Of a stretch of 64,000 bases of DNA, positions 14,035-24,084 are shown in pieces. A program made the translations under genes and the position numbers. This DNA comes from Rhodobacteraceae bacterium CG17_big_fil_post_rev_8_21_14_2_50_65_11. GTDB lineage: Bacteria; Pseudomonadota; Alphaproteobacteria; Rhodobacterales; Rhodobacteraceae. The stretch lies in the NCBI GenBank assembly GCA_002783145.1, contig PFEX01000231.1, positions 10,746 through 74,745 on the forward strand, given 5' to 3'. The stretch's first letter is position 1, and each line of letters begins with the position of its first letter. A model generated the notes under the pieces. That model was not told the origin of the DNA, searched no databases, and saw only the letters and a list, made by a program, of their open reading frames with translations.

Positions 14035-14179
14035 ATCCGACCCTGACAATGATCCGACCGCTTTAGCCGGACACCACTCCATGCAGATATCCCATGGCAA
14101 TGCGGCCCGAGGATGGCTCCGAAGGAGCGTGACGAGGGCCGCCCCACCGCGACCCGGCCACAGGGCCGGGGCGCAACGC

Positions 14180-15532
14180 TCAACCGCGCCGCAACCGCCG
14201 CAACAACGCCAGAGAGGCATATCCGTCGGGCACCAGCCCCTCGGCAGCCTGATAGTCCTGGACCGCCTGAATGGTCAGTGGACCGATGATGCCGTCGACC
14301 CGTTCCGTCGAGAACCCCGCCGCCGTCAACCGCCTTTGCAACTCGAACCGCTCGTCGTTCGTCAACGCCCGGTCGTCGCGAGGCCACCCGCCGCGGAAGG
14401 CGGCACCGCCAGAGATCCGATCGGCCAGATGGCCGACGCCGATCACATAGGCATCGGCCGGATTGTAGGTCTCGATCACCCGGAAGTTTTCGTAGATCAC
14501 CAGCGCCACACCGCTGTGGCCGGCCGGCAGAAGGATCGACGCCGGGCCATGGTCGGGCACCCGTCCGCCGCCATCGGCCAGTCGCACCCCCATCCGGTTC
14601 CAGTGCGACGCGTCTCGGCGGATGCGATCCCCGCTCTGGGTGAAATCGAAATCAGCCGGCAGCAGCACCTCCAGACCCCAGGGCTGGCCAGTGGTCCATC
14701 CGTTGTCAGCAAGGTAGCGCGCGGTGGAGGCAAGCGCATCGGCAGGATCATCGCCCCAGATATCGCGCCGTCCGTCTCCATTGAAATCCACCGCGTGGGC
14801 CAGGAAGCTGGTCGGCATGAACTGGGTGTGCCCCATCGCCCCGGCCCACGATCCCCGCATGTCGTCCCGGTCGATATCGCCGGCATCCAGAATGCGCAGC
14901 GCCGCCATCAGTTCCGCCTCGAAGAACGACCGGCGACGGCCGTCATAGGCCAGCGTCGCCATCGCCTCGATGATTGGCACGTCGCCACGGTAGGTTCCAT
15001 AGGTGCTCTCCAGGCCCCAGATTGCGGCCACGATCTCTGCATCGACACCGTAGCGCCCTTCGATCGCGGCCAGCGTTTGCCGATGGTCGCGTAGCGCGAC
15101 CCGCCCGTTGGCGACGCGTGCCTCCGATGCTGCGCTGTCGAGATAGTCCCACAAGGTGCGCGTGAATTCCGATTGGCTCCGGTCCCGGTCGATCACGCGC
15201 GCGTTCGGCGTTACCCCATCAAAGGCGCGCGCTATGGTCGACCGGGAAATGCCCTCCGCCAGCGCCAGCGCCCTGAAATCCCTGACCCAGGCTTGAAAGC
15301 CGGTCTCATCCGCCGGGTCCGCCACGACCGCCGGGGCGCGAAGCAGAACCACCGCGAGGCGCATCGCCGGACGCGGCGACACCGTGACGGCAAGCGGGCT
15401 TGGCACCGAAGGGGGGCCGCTTGCAACGGCCGCCTCGGGGCGCGGCAGCGGCCGTATGGAACGCGACGTGTTCGCCGCGCAGACGGTGGCCAGCACCATC
15501 GCAGCGAAGAGGGGAAGAAGAAATCTGAGCAT
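14180..15532 (-). CDS. Lytic murein transglycosylase (MltB/Slt35 family) with C-terminal peptidoglycan-binding domain
   Basis: AIWGLESTYG, GSWAGAMGHTQFMPTS, DFNGDGRRDIW, VDGIIGPLT...QDYQ. Start at 15532 or 15565. Confidence 0.92.
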   Translation of the reverse strand: MLRFLLPLFAAMVLATVCAANTSRSIRPLPRPEAAVASGPPSVPSPLAVTVSPRPAMRLAVVLLRAPAVVADPADETGFQAWVRDFRALALAEGISRSTIARAFDGVTPNARVIDRDRSQSEFTRTLWDYLDSAASEARVANGRVALRDHRQTLAAIEGRYGVDAEIVAAIWGLESTYGTYRGDVPIIEAMATLAYDGRRRSFFEAELMAALRILDAGDIDRDDMRGSWAGAMGHTQFMPTSFLAHAVDFNGDGRRDIWGDDPADALASTARYLADNGWTTGQPWGLEVLLPADFDFTQSGDRIRRDASHWNRMGVRLADGGGRVPDHGPASILLPAGHSGVALVIYENFRVIETYNPADAYVIGVGHLADRISGGAAFRGGWPRDDRALTNDERFELQRRLTAAGFSTERVDGIIGPLTIQAVQDYQAAEGLVPDGYASLALLRRLRRG

Positions 15533-15710
15533 GATCGGGCCTGCAATCCATCGGTCAGTAATCATACAACCTTCGCCACTGCGAAAGAAGCGGACCCCTC
15601 GCCAATCGGCGAGGCCTTGCCGGGCAGACTGCTGCCGGAAGGTTACGATTCCCTGAATCGTCCGTGCATCCGTGTCCCGTCGCTTGCGCGCAGCCGCAAC
15701 GCCTGTGGCC

Positions 15711-17966
15711 CTACAACTGCCTGCGCCGCAGCTTTTTCTTGACCTTCGCCGCCTTGGCGCGGGCCTGCCCCGCCTTGCGCCGAGGACCGCCGCCGCGTGC
15801 GTGCCCGCCCCCGCGTGGCGGTTTCTTGCCTTCTATTTCCTGCAATTCCAGCGTCATGCCGCCGGTCGCCGGCACCGCCTCGGCCAGCTTCACCGTGACA
15901 GTCTGGCCAATGGCGATGACCATGCCGGTGTCGGCGCCGGTCAACGTCTGGGTTTCGGCGTCGAAATGGTAGTATTCGCGGCCAATGGCGCGCATCGGCA
16001 GCAGCCCGTCGGCACCGGTCTCGTCCAGCTTCACGAACACCCCGAACCGCGCGATCCCGCTGATCCGCCCGGTAAAGCTTTCGCCCACCCGTTCCGACAG
16101 GAACGCGGCAAGGTAGCGGTCGGTGGTGTCGCGCTCGGCCAGCATCGAGCGGCGTTCGGTCTCCGAGATGTGCTTGGCAATATCGTCGAGCCGCTCGATC
16201 TCCTCGGCGCTCAGACCATCGCTGCCCCAGCCATGCGCCGAGATCAGCGCCCGGTGCACGATCAGGTCGGCATAGCGCCGGATCGGCGAGGTGAAATGTG
16301 AATAGGCTTTCAACGCAAGGCCGAAATGGCTGAAATTCCGTGGGCTGTAATAGGCCTGCGTCATCGAGCGCAGGGTCGACATGTTGATCAGTTCGTCGAA
16401 TTCCGTGCCCTCGGCGGCGGCCAGCAACTGGTTCAGGTGCCGGGTCTGCAACACCTGCCCCTTGGCAAGGTTGAACCCGCTGGCCTGCGCGGTTTCGCGC
16501 AAGGCGGCAATCTTGTCCGGGTTGGGTTCCTCGTGCACGCGGAACACCTGCGGGGTCTTCAGCCGGATCAATTCTTCGGCGGCGGCCACGTTGGCCAGCA
16601 CCATGAATTCCTCGATCAGCTTGTGAACGTCGAGCCTGTCCTTGAACCTGACGGAGGTGACCTGCCCCTCGTCGGACAGGATGATCTGCCGCTCCGGCAG
16701 GTCGAGGTCCAGCGGTTGCCGCGCCGCACGCGCCTTGCGCAACGCGCCGTAAGCGGCGAAGAGAGGCTGCAACACAGCCTCGATGAGCGGCGCTGTCTTT
16801 TCGCTCGCGTGGCCATCGACCGCCGCCTGCACCTGTTCATAGGTCAGCGAGGCGCGTGATCGCATCAATCCGCGCACAAACCTCTGGTCGATCTTTTCCC
16901 CGTGCGCGTTGATCACCATGCGCACCGCGATGCAGGCTCTTGGAACACCTTCGTGCAGGCTGCACAGATCGCCCGAAAGCCTGTCGGGCAGCATCGGCAC
17001 CACCCGGTCGGGAAAATAGGTGGAATTGCCGCGCTTGCGCGCCTCGCGGTCAAGCGCGGATCCCGGGCGCACGTAATGGGCGACATCGGCAATCGCGACC
17101 CAAAGCACGAAACCGCCCGCGTTCTTCGGGTCGTCATCGGCATGCGCATGACAGGCATCGTCGCGGTCGCGGGCGTCCGCCGGGTCGATGGTGATCAGCG
17201 GCAGATCGCGCAAATCCTCGCGTCCCTGTAGCCCGGCGGGCTTGGCGCGGTCTGCGTCTTCGATGGCGTCATCCGGGAAATCGTCGGGAATCCCGTGCTG
17301 GTGGATCGCGATGAGCGAAACCGCCTTGGGTTGACCGGGATCGCCGAGCCGCGCCACGATGCGCGCCTTTTGCAGCCCCATCCGCCCTTTCGGCCCGACC
17401 TGTTCGGCCTCGACCAGTTCACCATCCGCGGCGCCGCCGGTGGCCTTGGCCTCAACCTGCCATTCCTTGTCCTGCCCCTTGTCGATCGGCACGATCCGCC
17501 CGCCTTCGGCCCCCTTGCGGTAAATACCGAGGATCTTTCTCGGATTGGTGCCGATGCGGCGGATCAGCCGGGCGATATATTGATGGTCTTCGCCCTCGAC
17601 CTCCTGCATCCGGGCAAGGATTCGGTCGCCTTCGCCAAGCGCGGGGTCGGTCGGTTTGGCGCTGAAGAGCACCTTGGGTTCCGGCCCTTCGCCATGCCAT
17701 TCCAGCGGCCGAGCGAACATGTCGCCGAGGCTATCGGGGGCCAGCACCTGCAACACCGAAACCGGCGGCAGCTTGTCGGGATCGCGGTAGGTTTTCTTGC
17801 GCTTTTCCAGATGGCCCTCGTCCTCCAGCTCCTTCAGGATGCGCTTGAGGTCGATCCGCGCCGCGCCCTTGATGCCGAACGCCTTGGCGATATCGCGTTT
17901 CGAGGCGTGGCCGGGATTATCGGAAATCCAGGCAAGGATCTGGTCTTTGGTGGGGATCTGGCTCAT
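15711..17966 (-). CDS. rnr: Ribonuclease R
   Basis: TIDPADARDRDDA, IEEFMVLAN, HFTSPIRRYADL, S1 domain and basic tail. Confidence 0.96.
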   Translation of the reverse strand: MSQIPTKDQILAWISDNPGHASKRDIAKAFGIKGAARIDLKRILKELEDEGHLEKRKKTYRDPDKLPPVSVLQVLAPDSLGDMFARPLEWHGEGPEPKVLFSAKPTDPALGEGDRILARMQEVEGEDHQYIARLIRRIGTNPRKILGIYRKGAEGGRIVPIDKGQDKEWQVEAKATGGAADGELVEAEQVGPKGRMGLQKARIVARLGDPGQPKAVSLIAIHQHGIPDDFPDDAIEDADRAKPAGLQGREDLRDLPLITIDPADARDRDDACHAHADDDPKNAGGFVLWVAIADVAHYVRPGSALDREARKRGNSTYFPDRVVPMLPDRLSGDLCSLHEGVPRACIAVRMVINAHGEKIDQRFVRGLMRSRASLTYEQVQAAVDGHASEKTAPLIEAVLQPLFAAYGALRKARAARQPLDLDLPERQIILSDEGQVTSVRFKDRLDVHKLIEEFMVLANVAAAEELIRLKTPQVFRVHEEPNPDKIAALRETAQASGFNLAKGQVLQTRHLNQLLAAAEGTEFDELINMSTLRSMTQAYYSPRNFSHFGLALKAYSHFTSPIRRYADLIVHRALISAHGWGSDGLSAEEIERLDDIAKHISETERRSMLAERDTTDRYLAAFLSERVGESFTGRISGIARFGVFVKLDETGADGLLPMRAIGREYYHFDAETQTLTGADTGMVIAIGQTVTVKLAEAVPATGGMTLELQEIEGKKPPRGGGHARGGGPRRKAGQARAKAAKVKKKLRRRQL

Positions 17967-17997
17967 GCGCCTTGGCTACCACGGGCGTCGGGGCGCG

Positions 17998-18579
17998 TCA
18001 TGCGGAAATGGCGCGGGCCAGATCCGCGGCGCTGTCCACGTCGCCCAGCGTATCGACAAGGCCGACGCGGCGGTCGCCCAGCGTCGCAAGGCTGTCGGCA
18101 AGCGCGTGCGGCCCGGACCACCGCACGCCGCGCAGGATTCCCGGCGGTGCAGGGCGCGGGCCAAGGCCGATCAGCCAGTAACCGCCGTCCAGGGCCGGTC
18201 CGAACACCGCGTCTTGGCGGGCGAGGGTCCGGACCGCGCGGGCCAGATGTGCGCGCGTGACTCCGGGGATATCGCTGCCGATCACGATGACCGGGCCGGG
18301 CAAGGACAAAAGCCGCGCCATCCGAGCGCCAAGGTCGCCGCCCCCCTGCCCCATGCATGGCAGATCGGCGGGCCAGGCGCGGGCGGCCAGCCCCTCTGCA
18401 TCCGGTGACACCGCCAGCACGATCCGCCAGCGGGGATCGCGCAGCCGCCGCAACAGGCGCGCGACCTGATGGCGATACCACCACGCTGCCGGAACGGCCC
18501 CGATCCCGCGCGCCAGCCGCGTCTTGACCCGGCCCGGTCGCGGCACCTTGACCATCACGACAACGGTCGGGCGGATCAT
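17998..18579 (-). CDS. DUF2064/TIGR04282-type glycosyltransferase-like protein
   Basis: [44 protein letters not shown]. Confidence 0.85.
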   Translation of the reverse strand: MIRPTVVVMVKVPRPGRVKTRLARGIGAVPAAWWYRHQVARLLRRLRDPRWRIVLAVSPDAEGLAARAWPADLPCMGQGGGDLGARMARLLSLPGPVIVIGSDIPGVTRAHLARAVRTLARQDAVFGPALDGGYWLIGLGPRPAPPGILRGVRWSGPHALADSLATLGDRRVGLVDTLGDVDSAADLARAISA

Positions 18580-19718
18580 GCGGCGAAGTAATCCGACAGG
18601 ATGCGCGTGTAGATACGCTTCAGCGTGTGGATGTCAGGGATCCACACACGTTCGTCCACCTGGTGCATCCGATGACCGACGAGACCGAATTCGACCACCG
18701 GGCAATGTGTTTTGACGAAGCGAGCATCCGAGGTGCCACCCGTGGTGGACAGGACCGGCACCAGCCCGGTCTCCGCGGTGACCGCAGCGGCGACCAGATC
18801 GGACAGCGCCCCCGGCGGGGTCAGGAACGCCTCGCCCGAGACCTTCACCTCCATCGTGATCGTCACGCCGGTCTCCGACACGACCTTGTCGGCCTCGGAT
18901 CGCAGCCAATCGGCAAGGCTTTCGCCGCTGTGCAGATCGTTGAAGCGCAGGTTCACCGCCATGCGCGTTTCCGCCGGGATGACGTTGGTGGCCGCATTGC
19001 CGGTGTCGATGGTCGTCACCGAACAGGTGGAGGGGTCGAAATGGTCGGTCCCCTCGTCCAGCACGTGTGCCGACAGCCGATGCGCAAGCAGCGCCACGGC
19101 GGGCAACGGATTCAACACCTTGTGCAGGTAGGCCGAATGCCCCTGCTTGCCCTTTACCGTGAACCAGGCCGACATAGATCCGCGCCGGCCGATCTTGATC
19201 ATGTCCCCGATGGTCTCCGGGCAGGTCGGTTCGCCGACGATGCAGGCGCTCATCCGTTCGCCCTCGCGGTCCATCCAGTCGAGCAGCGCGATTGTGCCGT
19301 CGGTTGAAAGCCCCTCTTCATCGCCGGTGATGGCCAGGACGACCGCGCCCTCGGGCGGCGTGTCCGTCACGAAGTCGACGGCAGCAGCCGCAAAGGCCGC
19401 CACCCCCGATTTCATGTCGGTCGCACCGCGCCCGTAGAGCCAGCGGTCTTTTTCCTCCGCCCCGAACGGCGGATGGGTCCACGCCGCCTCATCCCCGACC
19501 GGCACCACGTCTGTGTGACCGTTGAACCCGAAGCTGCGCGCGTGCCCCTTGTCGCCCCAGCGGGCAAAGAGGTTGCAGACCCCGCCGCGATCCACCCGGC
19601 GACAGACAAAGCCCGCGCCTGACAAGACCGCCTCCAGCAATTGCAGGGCTCCGCCCTCTTCTGGCGTAACCGAAGGGCACCGCACAAGGCGAGCGGTCAG
19701 GTCTTGCGGGTCGGTCAT
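18576..19718 (-). CDS. dapE: Succinyl-diaminopimelate desuccinylase
   Basis: [44 protein letters not shown]. Confidence 0.95.
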   Translation of the reverse strand: MTDPQDLTARLVRCPSVTPEEGGALQLLEAVLSGAGFVCRRVDRGGVCNLFARWGDKGHARSFGFNGHTDVVPVGDEAAWTHPPFGAEEKDRWLYGRGATDMKSGVAAFAAAAVDFVTDTPPEGAVVLAITGDEEGLSTDGTIALLDWMDREGERMSACIVGEPTCPETIGDMIKIGRRGSMSAWFTVKGKQGHSAYLHKVLNPLPAVALLAHRLSAHVLDEGTDHFDPSTCSVTTIDTGNAATNVIPAETRMAVNLRFNDLHSGESLADWLRSEADKVVSETGVTITMEVKVSGEAFLTPPGALSDLVAAAVTAETGLVPVLSTTGGTSDARFVKTHCPVVEFGLVGHRMHQVDERVWIPDIHTLKRIYTRILSDYFAA

Positions 19719-19733
19719 GGTTCGGGCCTCCGT

Positions 19734-19771
19734 GCGGGCTGCGGGCGGGCTGCGGGCGGGCTGCGGGCGGG
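19734..19771 (+). repeat. 11-bp tandem repeat (GCGGGCTGCGG, about 3.5 copies) containing seven GGG tracts
   Basis: Read directly; lies 15 bp upstream of the dapE start in the divergent intergenic region. Confidence 0.85.
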
Positions 19772-19971
19772 TTTGCGTTAAACCTGTGGCCGGACGGACT
19801 CAACCCCTCCGGTCCGGCCTCGCAGATCCCTTGATTCCGAGCAGGAATACGGCGATGATTGGACAAAACAAAGACTATGGGCAGGATCGAAGCAGACCCC
19901 CGAGAAATAAAGTGATCGCATGACAATGCGGCGACGGGTGATCCGTGCCCCCCGAGTGGGGACGAACAGGC

Positions 19972-21549
19972 ATGCCGGTACCGGCGGAACGACTGAACAT
20001 CGACACCAATGCAAATGCCAACGAGATGGCGGACACCATCTTTGGTGACGGCGTGCAGGTGGTGAATGCGACGTATGACGGGGATAAAAAATCCTCCGGC
20101 ATCTGGACCGATGGCGATGCCATTTCGCCCGATGCGACACCCTCTGACATCGGGGTCATCCTGTCCACCGGCAAGGTGAAGGATTTCACCAATAAATCCG
20201 GCGACCCAAACCAGAGCGGCAGCACCTCGACAAACACGAAAGGTGTCGATTACGACAGCGGCTTCAACACTCTGGCCGGGACGTGGACCTACGACGCCGC
20301 AATCCTCGAGGTCGATTTCATCCCCGATGGTGACACGATCACGATGCAATTTACCTTCGCATCGGAGGAATACCCGGAATATGTCGGCTCCATCTTCAAC
20401 GACGCGGTCGGCATCTGGGTAAACGGGGTCGAGGTTGCCTCTCCGGTGTTCGACATCGCGCAGATCAACAACGTCAACAACAGCTCCAACGAAACGCTCT
20501 ACGTCGACAACACCGACGATCATGCCAATACCGAGATGGACGGCTATACCGTTACGCTGTCGGTCACGATGATCGTCAACCCGGACGAGGTGAACACCAT
20601 CCGCCTCGGCATCGCGGATGTCGGTGACAGCAACTACGACTCCGCCATCCTGATCGCCGGTGACTCGATTCAGGCGACGGTTGTGGCGCAGGACGACGAA
20701 GCGACCGTATTCGAGGGTCAGACCGCCGTGGTTGACGTGACCGCCAACGACGACTCTGCCGGGACGATGATCGTGACCCATGTCAACGGGCAAGAGGTCT
20801 CGGTTGGCGATACGGTGACGCTGAACAACGGCTTCGACGTGACGCTACAGGCCGACGGGTCGCTGGCCGTGGTCCCGCCGGCGGGCTATGGTGGACTGCC
20901 GGAACCGGAAAGTTTCAATTTTTCCTACACCGCCGAGGATGACAGCAACGGCATCACCGATTCCGCCTTTGTTACCATCACCTCGATCCCCTGTTTCGCT
21001 GCGGGCACCCGGATTTTGACGGTGCGTGGACAACGACCTGTCGAAAGCCTGAAGGTCGGCGACCTGATCGAGACCCGTGACAACGGGATGCAACCGATCC
21101 GCTGGATCGGCCGACGGCGGGTCAGGGCGGAGGGCCGCTTCGCGCCGGTGGTTATCGAGGCGGGCGCCATGGGCGCGCATGACCGGCTGGTTCTGTCCCC
21201 GCAACACCGGGTGCTTGTCCAGCATCACATGGCCGAACTGCTGTTCGGCGAGGGCGAAGTGCTGATCGCGGCGAAAGACCTTGTCAATGACCGCACCATC
21301 CGCATCCGCGAAGGCGGTGAGATCGAGTATCTTCACCTGCTTTTCGACGAACACCAGATCCTCTGGTCCGATGGTCTGCCAACCGAAAGCTTCCACCCCG
21401 GCCCGGTCACGCTGAACGGGTTCGAGGACGCGGTGCGCGACGAAATCCTTGGTTTGTTCCCCGAGATCGACCTTGAGACCGGCATCGGCTACAGCGCCGC
21501 CGCCCGGCCCAGCTTGCGCGGCTATGAGGCGGCGGCACTGCTGGCCTGA
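19972..21549 (+). CDS. Hint (bacterial intein-like) domain protein with choice-of-anchor-L-like N-terminus and a cadherin/Ig-like repeat
   Basis: GVILSTG and FASEEYPEYVGSIFND N-domain; AQDDEATVFEGQTAVVDVTAND repeat; Hint IPCFAAGTRILT...LSPQHRVL...LPTESFHPG. Confidence 0.88.
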   Translation: MPVPAERLNIDTNANANEMADTIFGDGVQVVNATYDGDKKSSGIWTDGDAISPDATPSDIGVILSTGKVKDFTNKSGDPNQSGSTSTNTKGVDYDSGFNTLAGTWTYDAAILEVDFIPDGDTITMQFTFASEEYPEYVGSIFNDAVGIWVNGVEVASPVFDIAQINNVNNSSNETLYVDNTDDHANTEMDGYTVTLSVTMIVNPDEVNTIRLGIADVGDSNYDSAILIAGDSIQATVVAQDDEATVFEGQTAVVDVTANDDSAGTMIVTHVNGQEVSVGDTVTLNNGFDVTLQADGSLAVVPPAGYGGLPEPESFNFSYTAEDDSNGITDSAFVTITSIPCFAAGTRILTVRGQRPVESLKVGDLIETRDNGMQPIRWIGRRRVRAEGRFAPVVIEAGAMGAHDRLVLSPQHRVLVQHHMAELLFGEGEVLIAAKDLVNDRTIRIREGGEIEYLHLLFDEHQILWSDGLPTESFHPGPVTLNGFEDAVRDEILGLFPEIDLETGIGYSAAARPSLRGYEAAALLA

Positions 21550-21649
21550 GCGGCCGCGCTCCGCCACATTCTTTCCTCATTTCGGCAAAACTTCGGCCCC
21601 ATCCGGACAGATATGGTTCAATCGGACCAAATACGGGGCATTGTTTCGC

Positions 21650-22669
21650 ATGAGTTGGCTGGCAATCTGGGATGGGCGCGAACTGACGCATATCAGTGAC
21701 CGCACGCGCGGCGTCGATCTGTCGCAAGGCACCGTGCGCTTCGAGATAAGCCTGCGCGGCGAAATCCAGGAACCGGTGATCCTGTGGCAGGGCCGGACCG
21801 GCACGCCGCGCGATCTGCGCATCCTGTGCCGCCCGGATGGTGCGGTCAGCCTCGAACACGGGCCGCTTCAGTTTGCAACCGATCCCGGCTTTGTCTTCGC
21901 GGGCGAACCGATCCTGCTGCATTATTCATGGGATCGTGACGGGCGCGCCGATCTGCTCAGCATGACCAACATCCAGACCGGCGCCGATCTGTCCTTGCGC
22001 CCCGGTTGCCATGCCGCGCGCGACCTGTTGGAAATCGTGCCGGAAACGCCGGGGCCAGCGGTCTCCGTCGCCTATGCCGGTCTTGCCAACCATCCCTTGC
22101 CAACGCATCCCCTGCCGGGTCTTTCAGGCGCAACGCGGCTCCAAACACCGGATGGCGAGATACCGCTGCACACGCTCCGGCCGGGCATGGAGGTGCTGAC
22201 CGCAAGCGGCCGCCGGGAAACCATCCGATGGATCGGCACAACGCAGCATATGGCGCGCGGCATAACCGCGCCTGTCCTGCTGCGGGCGCCCTATTTCGGG
22301 CTTTCCCACGATATTCTGGTGTCACGAAGCCAACGCATTCGCCTGTCGGGGCACGAGGTCGATTACCTTTTCGGAACGGAACAGGTTCTGGCCAAGGTCG
22401 AGGATATCCGCCGGACAAATTCCGCCGAGATCTGCCTGTCGGCACCGATTGTTGAAACCTGCCACATTCTTCTGGACGATCACGATTGCCTGCTGGCCGG
22501 GCGTTGCGTGCTTGATACCAACCTCTTGGGCGAGGTGCTGGAGGCAAGCGGTAAATCCACCGCGACGCTGGCCAGTGAAGACCTGCGACCGGCGTGGCCG
22601 GTCATCGACCGGGCGGGCGCGCAGGCCTATCTGGACATGCTGTCACAGAACCGCCGCAACGCCGCCTGA
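21650..22669 (+). CDS. Hint-domain protein, degenerate (no N-terminal Cys)
   Basis: PGLSGATRLQTPDGEIPLHTLRPGMEVLT...IRWIG...VSRSQRI...HILLDDH. Confidence 0.8.
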   Translation: MSWLAIWDGRELTHISDRTRGVDLSQGTVRFEISLRGEIQEPVILWQGRTGTPRDLRILCRPDGAVSLEHGPLQFATDPGFVFAGEPILLHYSWDRDGRADLLSMTNIQTGADLSLRPGCHAARDLLEIVPETPGPAVSVAYAGLANHPLPTHPLPGLSGATRLQTPDGEIPLHTLRPGMEVLTASGRRETIRWIGTTQHMARGITAPVLLRAPYFGLSHDILVSRSQRIRLSGHEVDYLFGTEQVLAKVEDIRRTNSAEICLSAPIVETCHILLDDHDCLLAGRCVLDTNLLGEVLEASGKSTATLASEDLRPAWPVIDRAGAQAYLDMLSQNRRNAA

Positions 22670-22685
22670 TGCGTGTCCCTTTGCC

Positions 22686-23399
22686 TCAGCCGCCTTCGAC
22701 CAGCATGTAGCCGCGCCCATGGATGGTGCGAATACGTCTCGGCGCATCGTGTTCCTCGAACAGCTTGCGGCGCAGGCGGCTGATGATCCCGTCAACCGCA
22801 CGGCCGTTAATCGCATGACCGTCGCCCTTGACCAAAGAAATGATCCGGTCCCGAGACAGAACCGCGTTGGTATTCGCGGACAGCACGATCAGCACGTCGA
22901 ACTCACTCGGCGTCAGCTTGATATCGCGGCCCCCGATACTGACAAGTCGCAGGACACCGCAGATTTCGAGGTCATCCACCTGGCGCAGGAAGCCTTCAGG
23001 CACCGGACGCGCACCGTCTTCATCCGGCGGGGTCACGACGGTGCGCCGCAGGACCGTTCGGATCCGGGCACCCAGTTCACGCGGGCGAACCGGTTTCACA
23101 AGGTAATCATCTGCGCCCATTTCGAGCGCCAGAACAGTGTCGATCTCTTCGGCACTGTCGCTCAGCATGATGATGCCGGCGGCGGACCGCTGGCGAAGTT
23201 CGCGAACAACGTCATAGCCGTCGCGCCCCATGGCGCGTTTTCCAATAATGCAGATGTGCACGCCATTCCGATGAACCAGGTCCACGGCATCCGCATCTTC
23301 GGGCGCATCGACAAGCGTGAAGCCCTCGTTGCGCATGCAGCCGGCGACCATCGCCGCGTATTCACGGTCATCGTCGATGATAAGGGCTGTGTGAATCAT
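22686..23399 (-). CDS. OmpR/PhoB family response regulator with atypical receiver
   Basis: LIIDDD, GADDYLVKP, winged helix LTPSEFDVL...IRTIHGRGY; phosphoacceptor position reads CIIGK. GAGG RBS before ATG 23399. Confidence 0.9.
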   Translation of the reverse strand: MIHTALIIDDDREYAAMVAGCMRNEGFTLVDAPEDADAVDLVHRNGVHICIIGKRAMGRDGYDVVRELRQRSAAGIIMLSDSAEEIDTVLALEMGADDYLVKPVRPRELGARIRTVLRRTVVTPPDEDGARPVPEGFLRQVDDLEICGVLRLVSIGGRDIKLTPSEFDVLIVLSANTNAVLSRDRIISLVKGDGHAINGRAVDGIISRLRRKLFEEHDAPRRIRTIHGRGYMLVEGG

Positions 23400-23649
23400 C
23401 AATGCGACCTCGTTTGTTGAAGCCCGCGAGAGGGCAGGCGGCGACCGGGGTGGCAACGCCGGCGGACTGGTATGACGGCGATGTCGCCATCAGTCCCGAC
23501 GATCGCCCGGAAAGAACGGTGATCGACCAGTTCGACATCGGGTCGATCCAACTGCTTGCTTATCTTCGGGTCGTCGCCAGAACGTGACGCAGGTATCGTG
23601 TATCCCGCTCCGACGGGATACGGTGTACGGGTGCATCGCACCCGTTTTA

Positions 23650-24000
23650 TCACGATTGGTCCGACGTGTCGCCGCTACCGCCGAAATACGGCGTCATCTG
23701 CGCCACGATGACCGCGTTTTCGACCGCTGCACGATCCATCAGCGCAATTTCCTCGTCGCTGATCTCATGCCCCATCTCGCGACGTTCGGCTAATGTGCCA
23801 TAGCCCTGCACATCCAGCGGCGCCAAGTCCGCCTGTTTCAGCACCACCACGGTTTCGCGCACCGCCTCGGCCTCGTCCACGCCCGAGGCGTAGACCATCA
23901 GACCGGCACCGGTGGCTTTCTTCGGCAGCCCGTCGCCGGGTTTGCGCCCGACCTCGACCACCAGCGTATAGACCTGCTGTCGTTTCTTTTGCGTTGTCAT
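23650..24000 (-). CDS. Conserved hypothetical protein
   Basis: Natural-looking globular sequence (QQVYTLVVEVGRKPGDGLP...ASGVDEAEAVRETV) with coding-like codon usage. Confidence 0.75.
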   Translation of the reverse strand: MTTQKKRQQVYTLVVEVGRKPGDGLPKKATGAGLMVYASGVDEAEAVRETVVVLKQADLAPLDVQGYGTLAERREMGHEISDEEIALMDRAAVENAVIVAQMTPYFGGSGDTSDQS

Positions 24001-24084
24001 GGCCTGCGCCGTAGCCGTGAAACGCACACCGGTCAAGCGACAGGGTCGTTGACGCGCGCCGCGCCGGTGCTCATCAATATCCCC

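Noticed and set aside
17998-18579. Arsenosugar biosynthesis cluster
   Set aside because: Only the DUF2064-type gene is present, embedded between dapE and rnr, without radical SAM or ArsM partners.
19734-19771. CRISPR array
   Set aside because: Short tandem units without spacers and no cas genes; no repeat-spacer structure was seen anywhere in the window.
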